A stretch of DNA of 64,000 nucleotides, from positions 761,696 to 825,695 of the forward strand of contig BOKR01000001.1 in the NCBI GenBank assembly GCA_016861085.1, given 5' to 3'. The stretch comes from Patescibacteria group bacterium (GTDB taxonomy: Bacteria; Patescibacteriota; Microgenomatia; UBA1400; PJMF01). This document shows, one piece after another, positions 10,062-21,326 of the stretch. How positions within the stretch are numbered: position 1 is the stretch's first letter; the number at the start of each line of letters is the position of its first letter. The position numbers were made by a program, and so were the translations under genes. The notes under the pieces are model-generated. The model worked only from the letters and a program-made list of their open reading frames with translations. It searched no databases and was not told where the DNA came from.

Positions 10062-11445
10062 GATAGCGTTTGTCTCGTGAATTTCCTCTTTTCAAAGTTA
10101 CAGCCTGCCAAAGCTGTGGATTTTCTGTTGCAAGGCTAACTCCAGTAGCCAGTTCTCGGGGACTACCCCAAACCAATTCAAGATTTGGATGCAGAATGTA
10201 ATAGCCCTCTTCATCAACAACTACAAAACCTATGTTCTTTGATTCAAACAAGACTGGTACTACTATCTTCACAATCGGGTTAAACGGTCGCTCGATTTCA
10301 GATTTATCATTTCTTTTTGGTGTTACTCTAAAGATATGTACATCTGTGATGTTCTTGAAAGTTTCAAGTTCATCTTGCGTGATTTCACCCAATTCAGTTT
10401 GAGGAATCGCTACGTGGTTTCCATCCCCCTGCTTCACGACAGCTCGTTGCTTTCCATTTGAATCGACAAATGCAATAGTGTCAACCTCTGGGTTAACATC
10501 AAGATACCTAGAGAATATCGCCTCAACTTCCACAATGGATTTTTGCTCTACCGATAACTGTAAAAACTCAGGGAGTTTGCTTAAAAATACACTGTTGTTT
10601 TTAAACTGTTCAAAAACAAATTGTAATCTATCGGCATAAAACGTATTTTCCAACTCAGTAGTTTTTTGTGCATTAGCTATTAAAATATTTCTTGAATTGT
10701 TGTACACGTAGGTGGTTCTTACAGTAAGTGGAATCAATACGAGCAATGAGATAATCAATACTAATTTTTCTTTAAATGAGGTAAGTATTCTGACCCTCTG
10801 GTCAAAATAAAGTAAAAATGAGTAAAAATACACAGACACTGATAGTGAAATAAAAATAAGATTAAGTGAAAGAGTACTTGATTCTAACTGAATGTAGATA
10901 AGCTCATAAACAATGATAATTGGTAATACGAGTCCAGATAGCAATATTACAAATAATTTTTTAGGAATAAAAAGTCTGTTAATAAAAAACTTATATAAAG
11001 TCAATAAAATAAAAAATAGTGAAGGAGATAAAGACACAAAAGCAAAGCTTGCCTGCAGCAATTGGTTATCACCCTCAACAACAGCACCAATATTAGAAGG
11101 CAATGAAAAGTAAACAGCCCACAAACTATATGCTAAGACAAAAAAGAACCTTGAAACTGTATGTTCACTTACAAGCAAATATCGGGCGACAAACAAATAT
11201 TGGAATAACAAAAAATAGTGAAGTAAAAAAACAAGAATTGAAGAAGTATAACTAGACAGAAAAGGTGGTAACAATGCAAGATTATTTGCTAATCCTACCG
11301 CAGAGAACAACCAAGTTACCACCAAAAAATTAACGAAGAACAGCAAAATTCTTCCTTGCTTTACCTTCCTGATCGAAAAAATAAAAAGCAATGTCGAAAA
11401 CGCAAGCGTGAATAAAATTAGTGGAGATATTAGTAACTCTGTCAT
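10039..11445 (-). CDS. Multi-TM plus Cache-like sensor region, probably the truncated N-terminal part of a kinase
   Basis: About 7-8 TM helices then a Cache-like domain (DEEGYYILHP); ends abruptly. Confidence 0.55.
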   Translation of the reverse strand: MTELLISPLILFTLAFSTLLFIFSIRKVKQGRILLFFVNFLVVTWLFSAVGLANNLALLPPFLSSYTSSILVFLLHYFLLFQYLFVARYLLVSEHTVSRFFFVLAYSLWAVYFSLPSNIGAVVEGDNQLLQASFAFVSLSPSLFFILLTLYKFFINRLFIPKKLFVILLSGLVLPIIIVYELIYIQLESSTLSLNLIFISLSVSVYFYSFLLYFDQRVRILTSFKEKLVLIISLLVLIPLTVRTTYVYNNSRNILIANAQKTTELENTFYADRLQFVFEQFKNNSVFLSKLPEFLQLSVEQKSIVEVEAIFSRYLDVNPEVDTIAFVDSNGKQRAVVKQGDGNHVAIPQTELGEITQDELETFKNITDVHIFRVTPKRNDKSEIERPFNPIVKIVVPVLFESKNIGFVVVDEEGYYILHPNLELVWGSPRELATGVSLATENPQLWQAVTLKRGNSRDKRYLDKHLKH

Positions 11446-12768
11446 CCCACTTTTTCATCCTTTTGCTTCTCATTTATCATCTTCTTTAATTTCACCAGTT
11501 CTAGTTCTCTATTAACCATAATATTGTTTAAGTCTTCTAATTCTTTAACTTTCTTCTGAGCAACTTGCTGGTTATCATCTACGCTCTTTGCAATTTCCGA
11601 AAGATCTCTTTTAATCTTCTGCTGTAAATTATTAATAGAATTAGCCATTGTTTCAAATTCATCTTTGGTATCGACTTGAACATAATTTTGATAGTTGCCA
11701 CTTGCAATAAAATCAATAGAAGCAGTTATCTCTTTTATTGGGAATAAGAACCAATACACAAAAAGACCAATTATTATCAAAGCTATTAAAGCTGCAACAA
11801 GTACTTGCCCGGCACTTGTTTGTGCGAACTGTTGGGTTTGACTTAAAACAACCTCTGGCGTAAATGTAATCAATAGATGAAAGTTAATCTGATCAATCCG
11901 TTTCGCAATAAAAAATGAGTCTTTTCCAAAATTTTGTAGATCAGGGGCCTCAAAAGAAAGAACTTCTTCCGAAACTTTTATTTTATCCCACTCAAGCTCT
12001 CTATCCAATGAAACTATTTCTTTTCCCAAATATTGAGACTCTTTTTTACCGATTAACTCTCTTAATTCTGGAACTTCTACTAAACTTTTAAGAATGAGAC
12101 CTTGATTTGTACCGAAAATAACAACACTTGAAGAATCAATCAAATAAATATCCCAACCCTGTTGTGAAAAAAATAACTTTTGAATATTTTCTTCACCAAT
12201 TTTGATAACTGCAACGCCAAGGAATTCTCCAGTATTCTGCCTTGAATAAATTGGATATGAAAAATAATACCCCATGTTGTTTGAAGTTATACCTAAAGCA
12301 GTAGTAATATATACTTTTTCAGACCTAGCTCTAGTAAAGTAATCCCTAAACCCATAGTTATTTCCTTCAAACGTTGGATCTGTTGATGCAAGCGTTAATC
12401 CTTCTGAATTGAGCAAATAAATACTTTCGTAATTTTGCGCCGCATTATATGAGTTAAGATGATCTATATATATCTTGGTGAAGTACACCTTGATCACCTT
12501 CTAGAAAATTAATTACCTTTTCATCTTGTGAAAGTATTTTTACCAACCGCTGCGAAACAGAAAATTCATAAGCCAGCCTCTCCTCTTGATAATCTGCAAT
12601 TCTTTTTAATTCATTGGTTTTATCAGTAATTGCTCTATCATTTATCCCCCTGAAAATAACCAGACTGACTCCACTTGCAATGATCGAAATAACTATCAAA
12701 CACACAAACAAGACTTTATAAATCACAGATACATAAGGCCTTCTTATCTTGGCTAAGACAGTTTGCAT
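11442..12768 (-). pseudogene. Cache+HAMP sensor protein split by a frameshift (ORFs 12454..12768 and 11442..12497)
   Basis: N-terminal TM in one frame; Cache (FRDYF), TM and HAMP (DEFETMANSIN) in another; junction at a TA repeat. Confidence 0.65.
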
Positions 12769-12846
12769 GGGCAGTATTTTTTCATTTGTATACCAACAAT
12801 TTTACTCAATAAATCAGAGGAATGAAAGGGTACAAACTATATTAGT

Positions 12847-13755
12847 TTACTGGCAACTGAATCGTGCAAATACACCAGTCGATAATTGCCGGTTCGTTTT
12901 GGTCTCTTCAATGATTAGTTCTCCGGCTTCTACACTACCGTTGTAGCTCTTCATATTCTCCTGTAATAGTGAGCCTAGAGTCTGTATAGAAATTGGGACT
13001 GCATACGCATTACAAAGCACAAATAATGGCTCATCTACCAAAATCTGTGTACATAAATCCAGTAAGAGTGGAAACGACGATTTAAAATTCCAAACTTCAC
13101 CTTTTGAACCATGGCCGTATGCAGGGGGGTCCATGATGATCCCGTCATACTTCACTCCACGTTTTATCTCTCTAGTCACAAATTTGACCACATCATCCAA
13201 AATCCACCGGATAGATCTTTCATCAAGCCCAGAGGCTAATTGGTTTTGCTTTGCCCATCCAATTGATGACCGAGAAGCATCAACGTGTGTAACTTTTGCT
13301 CCCATTTTTGCACAAACAACACTTGCCATTCCTGTGTATGCAAAAAGATTTAAAATGTGGGGTTGATGCCCTGGATTTTGTTTCTTGTGTTTTTCTAGTA
13401 TATCCTGCATCCATTTCCAGTGCGCGCTTTGCTCTGGAAATATTCCTGTGTGTTTGAATGGCGAGAGGTGCACGCTGGCAACTAAGTCCTGCCAGCGTAT
13501 TGGCCATGACTCAGGCAACTGTTTTTTCATCTGCCAGAATCCTTTGTCACCTTGAGTTTTTCTAAAAGTTGCATCCGCAGTATTCCAAACCTGTTCAGGT
13601 TGTGATTTTGGCCAGTTAATTCCAGGGTGTGGACGTCGTAAAATATATGGGCCAAATCGCTCAAGCTTTTCGTCTCGACCACTATCAATGAGTTCATACT
13701 CATCCCAGCCAGTTTGTTTTATGGTAGTTAGTTTAAAGGACAAAAGATCGCTCAT
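12847..13755 (-). CDS. SAM-dependent methyltransferase (RlmI/K-like family)
   Basis: LNLFAYTG, DPPAYG and KHTGIFPEQ motifs. Confidence 0.85.
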   Translation of the reverse strand: MSDLLSFKLTTIKQTGWDEYELIDSGRDEKLERFGPYILRRPHPGINWPKSQPEQVWNTADATFRKTQGDKGFWQMKKQLPESWPIRWQDLVASVHLSPFKHTGIFPEQSAHWKWMQDILEKHKKQNPGHQPHILNLFAYTGMASVVCAKMGAKVTHVDASRSSIGWAKQNQLASGLDERSIRWILDDVVKFVTREIKRGVKYDGIIMDPPAYGHGSKGEVWNFKSSFPLLLDLCTQILVDEPLFVLCNAYAVPISIQTLGSLLQENMKSYNGSVEAGELIIEETKTNRQLSTGVFARFSCQ

Positions 13756-14222
13756 AGCTCAATAGTTACTTCCTTGCCTTCTTCCCACAGCTCCTCGTTA
13801 AAAAATTTGATTTTTTTGGGGATTATTTTATACATCCTGCCGCTTATCAGTTTTTTTGTCATACCCTCATAGCTGTACTCTGTGCTTGTAACTCCCAAAG
13901 TTTTTTTCCACAGATTGAGTGCATGCGTAATTTTATGTTTCCCTGAAATCTGTTGCGCTACCCCAAAAATTTGTAACCCTTTTTTGTTGCTTGTTGGATT
14001 TTGCGGAGAGTCAGCAATTGCTACTGCTACTTTTTGATTTTCATCTATTTGTTTACAGTGCAGAGTATTTGGGCTACTTAAAAAGTAAAGATTTAGTTCA
14101 TCATCAAATGAAAAATAGAGTGTGGCAATCCACGGGTATTCGGCTCCACTTGTTGCTAGAACCATTTGGTACTTATCGGTTAAATATTTTTTAATTAGGC
14201 CTCTGTGTTTTTCTTCTAACAT
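13752..14222 (-). CDS. Pyridoxamine 5'-phosphate oxidase-like FMN-binding protein
   Basis: MVLAT...PW...YF...H...N.KVAVAI...GLQI pattern. Confidence 0.8.
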   Translation of the reverse strand: MLEEKHRGLIKKYLTDKYQMVLATSGAEYPWIATLYFSFDDELNLYFLSSPNTLHCKQIDENQKVAVAIADSPQNPTSNKKGLQIFGVAQQISGKHKITHALNLWKKTLGVTSTEYSYEGMTKKLISGRMYKIIPKKIKFFNEELWEEGKEVTIEL

Positions 14223-14237
14223 AGTAGAAATTATACT

Positions 14238-15443
14238 TTAAAGTTGACTTAATGCATGAACAATCATTCCAGAAGCCCATGCGAAAGGAGATTCTGACTG
14301 GTATGCCAAGCGCTTTACCGGTTCGTTCTTTCCATTTGGTTCATAACATTCATGGATTTGCTGATCTACAACTATTTTTGCTGAAATCTTTTGTGCTAAC
14401 TTTTCCGCTTCTTTTTTTCGCCCCATTTTTTGAAGAGCTGAGAGAAAACTAATAACTGGCTGCCACCAAATAACAGATTGATTTTGATAGTCACCCATAC
14501 CAATCGCTCTATGCAAGAAGTCTACTCTCCACCATGGATATTTTGGCGTATTGGTTTGAATACCAAACTGTGCCGTTGCCCCACCAACAGAATCCAAAAT
14601 TGAATGGGATTCTTCTTCATTAGTTAACCCCCATGCAACTGCTAAACAATTTCCATACGGATATAAGTAATCATGTCGTTTTATGTCATTCCAATCAGCA
14701 AAATATTTGCCATTCCACAGACGTTTTCGTAATGCCTCAGCAATATGCTGTTTTTTTTGACCAAACTCCAAACTCAACTTTTTGTTAAATCCAAGAGAAA
14801 AATGCTCCAAACGGTCATACATATACCAGTAAATCACGTTTGAATATAATAGGTTGCCAAATTTCCAAACACAATCATTCCACTCAGCCATTGGGCCATC
14901 CCAAAGTAATCCATTTTTTTCTTTGGTTTTAAGAAATTCTAGCGCACTGATGATCTTTTGTAGATGCTCTTTCCTATTCATCAAAGCTGAAAATAAAACA
15001 GTGAGTGTGGTGCCATCTAAAATATTTTGGCCAATACCTCTTAATCTATATGTAGGTTGAGGTGTTTCAAGATACGTCGGCTTGCCACGATATTTTCCCA
15101 ATGTCATTTTTGATCTCATTAGACGATATGGAAGCATCCCACTAGGTAATTGGAAAGAAAAAAACTGGTCGATCATTCGGTTAACCACTGCGAAATCTTC
15201 TTGTCCACCAAGGGTCATAGCCCCAAGCGCTGCAAAGTATCCGTCCCTTCCCCATACATCTGTGAAGTGATGCGGGCCTGCGATAATGCCTTCAGAAACA
15301 TAACAGGTTCGCAAATCTCTCTGAGCTATTTGCAATGCTTCCTTGATAGGAGTTCTCAACATATTTGGGATTATATCACCTGATTTTTCACGATAAAATT
15401 GAGCATGATCTTTGCATGCTAAATATATTGCTGTATCATTCAA
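14238..15443 (-). CDS. (alpha/alpha)6 glycoside hydrolase (debranching/invertase-like)
   Basis: AGPHHFTDVWGRD, EW.D, HECY and FAWA motifs. Confidence 0.75.
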   Translation of the reverse strand: MNDTAIYLACKDHAQFYREKSGDIIPNMLRTPIKEALQIAQRDLRTCYVSEGIIAGPHHFTDVWGRDGYFAALGAMTLGGQEDFAVVNRMIDQFFSFQLPSGMLPYRLMRSKMTLGKYRGKPTYLETPQPTYRLRGIGQNILDGTTLTVLFSALMNRKEHLQKIISALEFLKTKEKNGLLWDGPMAEWNDCVWKFGNLLYSNVIYWYMYDRLEHFSLGFNKKLSLEFGQKKQHIAEALRKRLWNGKYFADWNDIKRHDYLYPYGNCLAVAWGLTNEEESHSILDSVGGATAQFGIQTNTPKYPWWRVDFLHRAIGMGDYQNQSVIWWQPVISFLSALQKMGRKKEAEKLAQKISAKIVVDQQIHECYEPNGKNEPVKRLAYQSESPFAWASGMIVHALSQL

Positions 15444-15462
15444 ATAATGCTAGTATAAAAAC

Positions 15463-16275
15463 ATGAAGATACAACCAGAAAAAATATTTAACCATTGGAC
15501 ATTGCTTGTCATAAATATATTGATCGTTATCGCAGCAGAAGCAAGTGGTACTTTTTTTGCTCGATCAGGATTAATTCATCTTCTCGCAATAATTTTTGTT
15601 GGGCTAGGATTAGTCAGATTGTGGTTTCATACACACGTCCACGATCAATATTTGGAACCAATAATTCATAGAGGAATACTTGCGTTACTTGTTTTAGCAA
15701 TTTCACATATTGTTGAATATTTTAGCTTCATGCACCTTAAATTACCCCGACAAGCAATTTATGCAAATGTGATCAACTTTTATCTTGCCGGCTTGTTGAT
15801 TATTAATTTAGGAGTAGAAGGATTTCTGAGAAAATTACGCAATGATTCCTCAAAGATTATTCCAACTTCTTGGATAGTTATTGCGGGATTCTTTGTGTTG
15901 ATTGGTATTTTATTTATGAATCCACAATCGGTGAGTCTTAGTCCTGGCAGTTGGCACGTCTTTGGGTATCTTTTAGCTACAACACTCGTTGCTACATTTA
16001 GTATTTACAGACTAACACTACTTAAAAATCACGTTGCAATTATGGTCAAATTCATTAGCTATTTTATTGCCGGTATTATTTTAATTTCAGCCTGCGCAGT
16101 GATTTCTGCTACTGAAGAATACATTGCCAAATTGGGCGTACCTACTATTCAAATCGCATTTATTAATCATTTCTTGTTTTATGGAGCATTGAGTTTAGTT
16201 TTTCTGGCGTATGAGAGATTGCTCCATTTAGGAGGTGTTTATGATGATTTAGAAAAGTTGTATGGTGCTCAGTAA
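15463..16275 (+). CDS. Multi-pass membrane hypothetical protein
   Basis: About 8 hydrophobic helices. Confidence 0.6.
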   Translation: MKIQPEKIFNHWTLLVINILIVIAAEASGTFFARSGLIHLLAIIFVGLGLVRLWFHTHVHDQYLEPIIHRGILALLVLAISHIVEYFSFMHLKLPRQAIYANVINFYLAGLLIINLGVEGFLRKLRNDSSKIIPTSWIVIAGFFVLIGILFMNPQSVSLSPGSWHVFGYLLATTLVATFSIYRLTLLKNHVAIMVKFISYFIAGIILISACAVISATEEYIAKLGVPTIQIAFINHFLFYGALSLVFLAYERLLHLGGVYDDLEKLYGAQ

Positions 16276-16290
16276 ATAAGGTGTTCTGTT

Positions 16291-16767
16291 TTATTTTATT
16301 TTACATTTCTGTTTAATTACCGCCTCAACATTTCTAGGCAAATGATATGTTGTGCCAATTTCTGTAACTGGCACAAAACCACGCCACTCAATATTTTTTT
16401 CGGTTGGTTGTGATAATTCACCATCTAATGTTGCGCTGTAAAATAGTTGCAAAGTCTGATGATATTTTTTATTACTAAAATGATAAAACCAATTCGTTTC
16501 AGCATGAAGTAATTCACCAATTTTAATTTTCGCACCACCTTCTTCTAAACCTTCCCTTGCCAGTGTTTCTTCAATCGTCTCACCAAATTCAATACCACCA
16601 CCAACAATATCGTGCAACTTTTCTTTTCGATTTTTGATAATTAAAACCGTGTCATTTTTTGTAATTACTGCGTATGCAGAAACTCTCCAAGTAATTTCAG
16701 AACCATCATACATAACTACTTCTTGGTCTGCGTTTAAAAATGTTTTGTTTTGTAATCGACTATTCAT
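16291..16767 (-). CDS. NUDIX hydrolase
   Basis: GGGIEFGETIEETLAREGLEEGG Nudix box. Confidence 0.9.
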   Translation of the reverse strand: MNSRLQNKTFLNADQEVVMYDGSEITWRVSAYAVITKNDTVLIIKNRKEKLHDIVGGGIEFGETIEETLAREGLEEGGAKIKIGELLHAETNWFYHFSNKKYHQTLQLFYSATLDGELSQPTEKNIEWRGFVPVTEIGTTYHLPRNVEAVIKQKCKIK

Positions 16768-16779
16768 TATTTCCTTTTT

Positions 16780-17940
16780 TCATAACCTTTTAGGTCTTCC
16801 TACATACAGTAATACCAAAATCAAAAATAATACAGCTGAATTAAATTGCAAAGCAGCAGTCAAATTAAATTTATCTGCGATGAGTCCTAATACAGGGCCA
16901 AATCCAGCATAAATAAATCTTCTAATCAAATTCATAAATGACAAAACTGTTGCTGCACGATTTGAAGGAACCAGTGCCAATACTTTATGGGAAACTAGAG
17001 TTTGATTAATGACAAGAAACAAATTAAAAAATAGCCAGAGTGGAAAAATGAATAAACTTGGAAAAGTTCCAAGTAAAAATAATGAAATAATTGCAATTAA
17101 ACCCATCACAATAAATGGTCTCCTCACAAGCCGCTCCAAGATTTCAATATGTGCTGATCCGAATGCAGTAACAATATTAAAACTCGCAAAAATAATTCCA
17201 AAGTAAATAACTGGCACACCAAGATTTTGCAAATAAGGTTGGGAGAACCAACTTGTTGACCAAATGAGTGCATTAAATGATGCAAAAAACAATACCAACC
17301 ACAATACAGTTTTACTGTTTGTAACGATCTTCAAACTCTCTTTGATTATTTGAACATACTCTGTTTTTTCTTCCCTTGGCAGTTCTTCTTTTGTTTCTGT
17401 AAAAGTCAAACTTGTTAAAAATCCAATAAAGGTTGAAACTGCCGTTGCAAGCAACGTGTAACTAAGCGATATTGACCCAAGAACACCACCTAGCAACTTT
17501 CCTACCGCTCTAGAAATACTGGTAAGACCTCGAACCTTACCTTCAGTTTTTTTATATTCAGCTCCTCTTCCAAGTGATTTGAGAGTCTCATGAATAAATG
17601 CACTATCAGCACCAGAAATAAGAGCTGCCCCCACCGCAATAGTTAATTCGCCAACAATGAAGTGCCAAAACATAGTTCCAATTCCGTAAACAAAAAATCC
17701 AAGTGTAAAAAAAAGTGAGCCAAAAACCAAACTAATTCTTTTTCCAAAATAATCAGCTAATGCACCAGTTGGCAACTCAAGAATAATAACTCCGATAGCG
17801 TAAATAGATTGCAGCCACATGATTTGGGAAAAATTCAATCCTTTTGACTGCCAAAACAACACTATCACAGGAGCAAAAAATTCAAGACTATTAAAAAACT
17901 GAAATGAATAATATTTTTTTATGTTACCGGCTAACACCAT
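16780..17940 (-). CDS. MFS transporter
   Basis: ELPTGALADYFGKR motif A, 12 TM; start set at the ATG 7 nt after TATAAT. Confidence 0.9.
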   Translation of the reverse strand: MVLAGNIKKYYSFQFFNSLEFFAPVIVLFWQSKGLNFSQIMWLQSIYAIGVIILELPTGALADYFGKRISLVFGSLFFTLGFFVYGIGTMFWHFIVGELTIAVGAALISGADSAFIHETLKSLGRGAEYKKTEGKVRGLTSISRAVGKLLGGVLGSISLSYTLLATAVSTFIGFLTSLTFTETKEELPREEKTEYVQIIKESLKIVTNSKTVLWLVLFFASFNALIWSTSWFSQPYLQNLGVPVIYFGIIFASFNIVTAFGSAHIEILERLVRRPFIVMGLIAIISLFLLGTFPSLFIFPLWLFFNLFLVINQTLVSHKVLALVPSNRAATVLSFMNLIRRFIYAGFGPVLGLIADKFNLTAALQFNSAVLFLILVLLYVGRPKRL

Positions 17941-18112
17941 AGAGTTTATTATATGCATTTTTTTTGCTTTTACCTTCAGTAATTTAGGATTTATATCTTA
18001 TAACTTGTTATTATAGTGATATTGTGATATAATCCTTCTATTAAAATAAAACTCAATTGGTTCAAGCTTGTATATTCTTGTCTTTTGCCTTTTGCGTAAA
18101 AGAAAAATATAT

Positions 18113-19315
18113 ATGTATAACCAAAGGAACTCCCGAGGTGGTTTTAACCATTCACAGGGAAATTATAGATCGTTCAATTCTCAGCAGAATCGTGGTGGTG
18201 GTGGAAGAAAGAAAATTTCTTTTGACCCTTCTATGATCGTGCAACAACATGCTGTAGCTGAACCTGAAAAACCAAAGTATCAGGCAAAGCATACTTTTGC
18301 TGACTTTCCTATTTGTGAACAGCTCAAAAAAAATATTCTTGCAAAAGGGTATTCTGTACCTACTCCAATTCAAGACCAAGCAATCCCTCATATTCTAGAC
18401 ACAAGAGATATTATTGGACTTGCAAGTACTGGAACTGGTAAAACAGCTGCTTTTTTGATTCCACTAATTAACAACATATACCAAAATTCTGGCAGAGTCT
18501 TAATTATGGCTCCAACCAGAGAATTGGCAGTACAGATCAGAGCAGAATTTACTGACTTTGTTCAAGGCATGGATCTTTATTCAGCCCTTTGTATTGGTGG
18601 TGTTCCTTTAGATAGACAGATAGCTACCGTTAAAAGAAGACCTCATTTTATTATTGGAACCCCAGGAAGATTGATTGACTTAGAAAAACGTGGAGTTTTA
18701 AACTTCAAAGATTTTTCTGCTATCGTTTTGGACGAAGTTGATCGTATGTTTGATATGGGTTTTATCGAAAACATGAAGTATGTTATTGCCCGTTTACCAG
18801 AGCAACGACACTCATTATTCTTTTCTGCAACTCTGCCTAATAAATTGACTGATATCGTTCGCAGCTTTTTGAGACACCCTATTACTGTAGAAATTGAAAA
18901 ACAAACAACTTCCGCAAACGTTAAGCAAGAGGTTATAAAAGTGAATGGAAAATCAAAAGTTGATATTTTGCATGAGTTATTAAAAACTGAAGGATTTACA
19001 AAAGTATTGGTCTTTGGCAGAACTAAACATGGACTCAACAAACTTTCAACCGCTCTAGATAAACGCGGTTTCAAAGTTGGTGCCATTCACGGAAATAAAT
19101 CACAAAACCACAGACAAAAAATATTGCAGCAATTTAAAGATGACCGTTTACAAGTTTTACTAGCTACAGATATTGCATCAAGAGGCTTAGATATTGATAA
19201 CGTTACTCACGTAATTAACTACGATCTTCCACAAACATACGAAGATTACATTCATCGTATTGGTAGAACTGGTAGAGCTAATAAAACGGGCGCTGCGTTT
19301 AGCTTTGTTGATTAA
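18113..19315 (+). CDS. DEAD-box RNA helicase
   Basis: PTPIQ, TGTGKT, PTRELA, DEVD, SAT and HRIGRTGR motifs. Confidence 0.95.
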   Translation: MYNQRNSRGGFNHSQGNYRSFNSQQNRGGGGRKKISFDPSMIVQQHAVAEPEKPKYQAKHTFADFPICEQLKKNILAKGYSVPTPIQDQAIPHILDTRDIIGLASTGTGKTAAFLIPLINNIYQNSGRVLIMAPTRELAVQIRAEFTDFVQGMDLYSALCIGGVPLDRQIATVKRRPHFIIGTPGRLIDLEKRGVLNFKDFSAIVLDEVDRMFDMGFIENMKYVIARLPEQRHSLFFSATLPNKLTDIVRSFLRHPITVEIEKQTTSANVKQEVIKVNGKSKVDILHELLKTEGFTKVLVFGRTKHGLNKLSTALDKRGFKVGAIHGNKSQNHRQKILQQFKDDRLQVLLATDIASRGLDIDNVTHVINYDLPQTYEDYIHRIGRTGRANKTGAAFSFVD

Positions 19316-20489
19316 CGGTTTGTAGTAATTTTACAGTTACTGGCACAACTGTTAGTAGCGTAAAGATTCCTAAAACTGAAAACATTACTGTTATTCCGAA
19401 TTGTGAAATAATTGTCCCTGAAATTGAAGTTAACAGAATGTATACAAACCCAATTGCAAAACTCAGAAACGAAATTGCAGTTGCTCTGTATTTACTTGAA
19501 AATGCTTTGTTTGTCAGGGGTGCAAGTAAAATCCATCGCGCAGTTGTAACAACCATTGCAGCTTGCACAAATAACACGCCCCAAAAATCTTTTAGTAAGA
19601 ATCCTGGCAAATATGCGATCAGCATTACAATCGGGAAAAATAAAATTCTTCTTTTAAGATTAAATACTTTGTTATTCTGCAGTACAGATCTAATTGCCAA
19701 AATGTTAATCAATCGCATTCCTGCAGTAAGAAACCCTCTCAGACTGTCTGATGTTACAAACTCTGTCATCATAAAACCATTAAAATATAAAGTGCTTGAC
19801 CACCCAATACCAGCAACTAAAATATAAAAAAGTGAAAGATAGGTAGTGCTTTGGTCTTTGAATGCTTCCTTTGATCCATTTTTTATTTGCAACAAGTAAT
19901 TTTTAAGCGTAAAAGTTTCTGAGTCGATTCTTGGCTCTTTGTATAAAGAAATCAAAAGAGCTCCAACAGACAAACATACACCATACAATACATACGGTAA
20001 AAATACCCATTTTGAATACAGCAATCCACCAAGAGCTGTGGCTATAATCAATCCAACTTGATAAATAAAATCACTATTTCCATACATTTTTTCAAACTCA
20101 TGCTCTTTGCCTGCCTGCTTGTATGAATCATATAAAAGAGCTTCCTCTGAACCAGAACGAAACGAGTCATTGATGCCAACCATTAGTGCTAGAATTAAAA
20201 AATGGGTAAAGTTGGTTGCCAATGGGAACAAGAAAAAACTGACTGCACCAATCACCCAACCCACTAGATTTGTGTTTCTTCTCCCAATCAAATCTGCGAG
20301 TGCACCACTTGGCAATTCCAACGCCATCTGAGCAACATACTGGATTGTCACCAAATATGAAATCTCGGCAGTAGAAATTTTTCCTTGGTAATACACAATC
20401 CAAATTGGAATAGTAAAAATCAGAGAATGCAGAAACTGTGTGATATAAAAAATCCACATATTCCTTTTATAGATCGGGAGGTTTTTCAT
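19299..20489 (-). CDS. MFS transporter
   Basis: ELPSGALADLIGRR motif, 12 TM. Confidence 0.9.
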   Translation of the reverse strand: MKNLPIYKRNMWIFYITQFLHSLIFTIPIWIVYYQGKISTAEISYLVTIQYVAQMALELPSGALADLIGRRNTNLVGWVIGAVSFFLFPLATNFTHFLILALMVGINDSFRSGSEEALLYDSYKQAGKEHEFEKMYGNSDFIYQVGLIIATALGGLLYSKWVFLPYVLYGVCLSVGALLISLYKEPRIDSETFTLKNYLLQIKNGSKEAFKDQSTTYLSLFYILVAGIGWSSTLYFNGFMMTEFVTSDSLRGFLTAGMRLINILAIRSVLQNNKVFNLKRRILFFPIVMLIAYLPGFLLKDFWGVLFVQAAMVVTTARWILLAPLTNKAFSSKYRATAISFLSFAIGFVYILLTSISGTIISQFGITVMFSVLGIFTLLTVVPVTVKLLQTVNQQS

Positions 20490-20552
20490 AGACTGTGTTT
20501 ATTTGTCCACATAGTGTACCATGCTTGAGTACCTTGAGCTATAATGCAATGT

Positions 20553-21305
20553 ATGAATATTCAACAGTTTTTAAAAGCCTATTATGAATTTCTTATTGAA
20601 CATACCAACCCTCAGCGAGCAAAAAAAGAAAAAGCCTATTTATATTCTGATTTCAAACATTATGGAATCGCATTTGGGTTACGGTCTCAGTTCATAAAAA
20701 AATATAAAAAAGAATTGGCTCAATTAGAAAAGACTGACGCATTAAATCTCATCGACACACTATGGCACAAAGATTCATTTGAGGAAAAAATGTTGGCATT
20801 AGATGTGTTGGGATTACATGCTAAAAAAATCGATCACACAGATATGCCATTTATTGAGCATTTACTAAGAACCTCAAAAGGATGGGCATTGCTTGACAGC
20901 TTTATTATCCAGATAATGCCGGGATTGCTGGAACGTGAACCACAAACATACGATATACTCAAAAAATGGATAACTGACTCAGACTTTTGGGTCAGAAGAT
21001 CTGCGCTGCTTTCCCAATTGTTGTTTTTTCGCAAGAATAATGGTGGAAATAAAAAACTATTTTTTGATTTTGCTGTTTCTCAGTTTGATGAAGGTTGGAT
21101 TGATTCTTTGTACAAAAATACCCTCGATAAAAAAAGGGCAAAATTTTTTATTAGAAAAGCAATTGGTTGGGCACTCAGAGAAATGTCTGTTAAAGACCCA
21201 CAGCCAGTATTTAAATTTCTGAAAAGATACAAAAATGAAATGAGCGGTTTAAGTTTTCGTGAAGGTTCAAGAAAGCTACCAGAAGAATTGAAAAAGCTGC
21301 TGTGA
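20553..21305 (+). CDS. DNA alkylation repair protein (AlkD-like)
   Basis: WALLD, DFWVRRSAL and FFIRKAIGWALRE motifs. Confidence 0.85.
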   Translation: MNIQQFLKAYYEFLIEHTNPQRAKKEKAYLYSDFKHYGIAFGLRSQFIKKYKKELAQLEKTDALNLIDTLWHKDSFEEKMLALDVLGLHAKKIDHTDMPFIEHLLRTSKGWALLDSFIIQIMPGLLEREPQTYDILKKWITDSDFWVRRSALLSQLLFFRKNNGGNKKLFFDFAVSQFDEGWIDSLYKNTLDKKRAKFFIRKAIGWALREMSVKDPQPVFKFLKRYKNEMSGLSFREGSRKLPEELKKLL

Positions 21306-21326
21306 TGTTACCTGTATAATTTTGAG

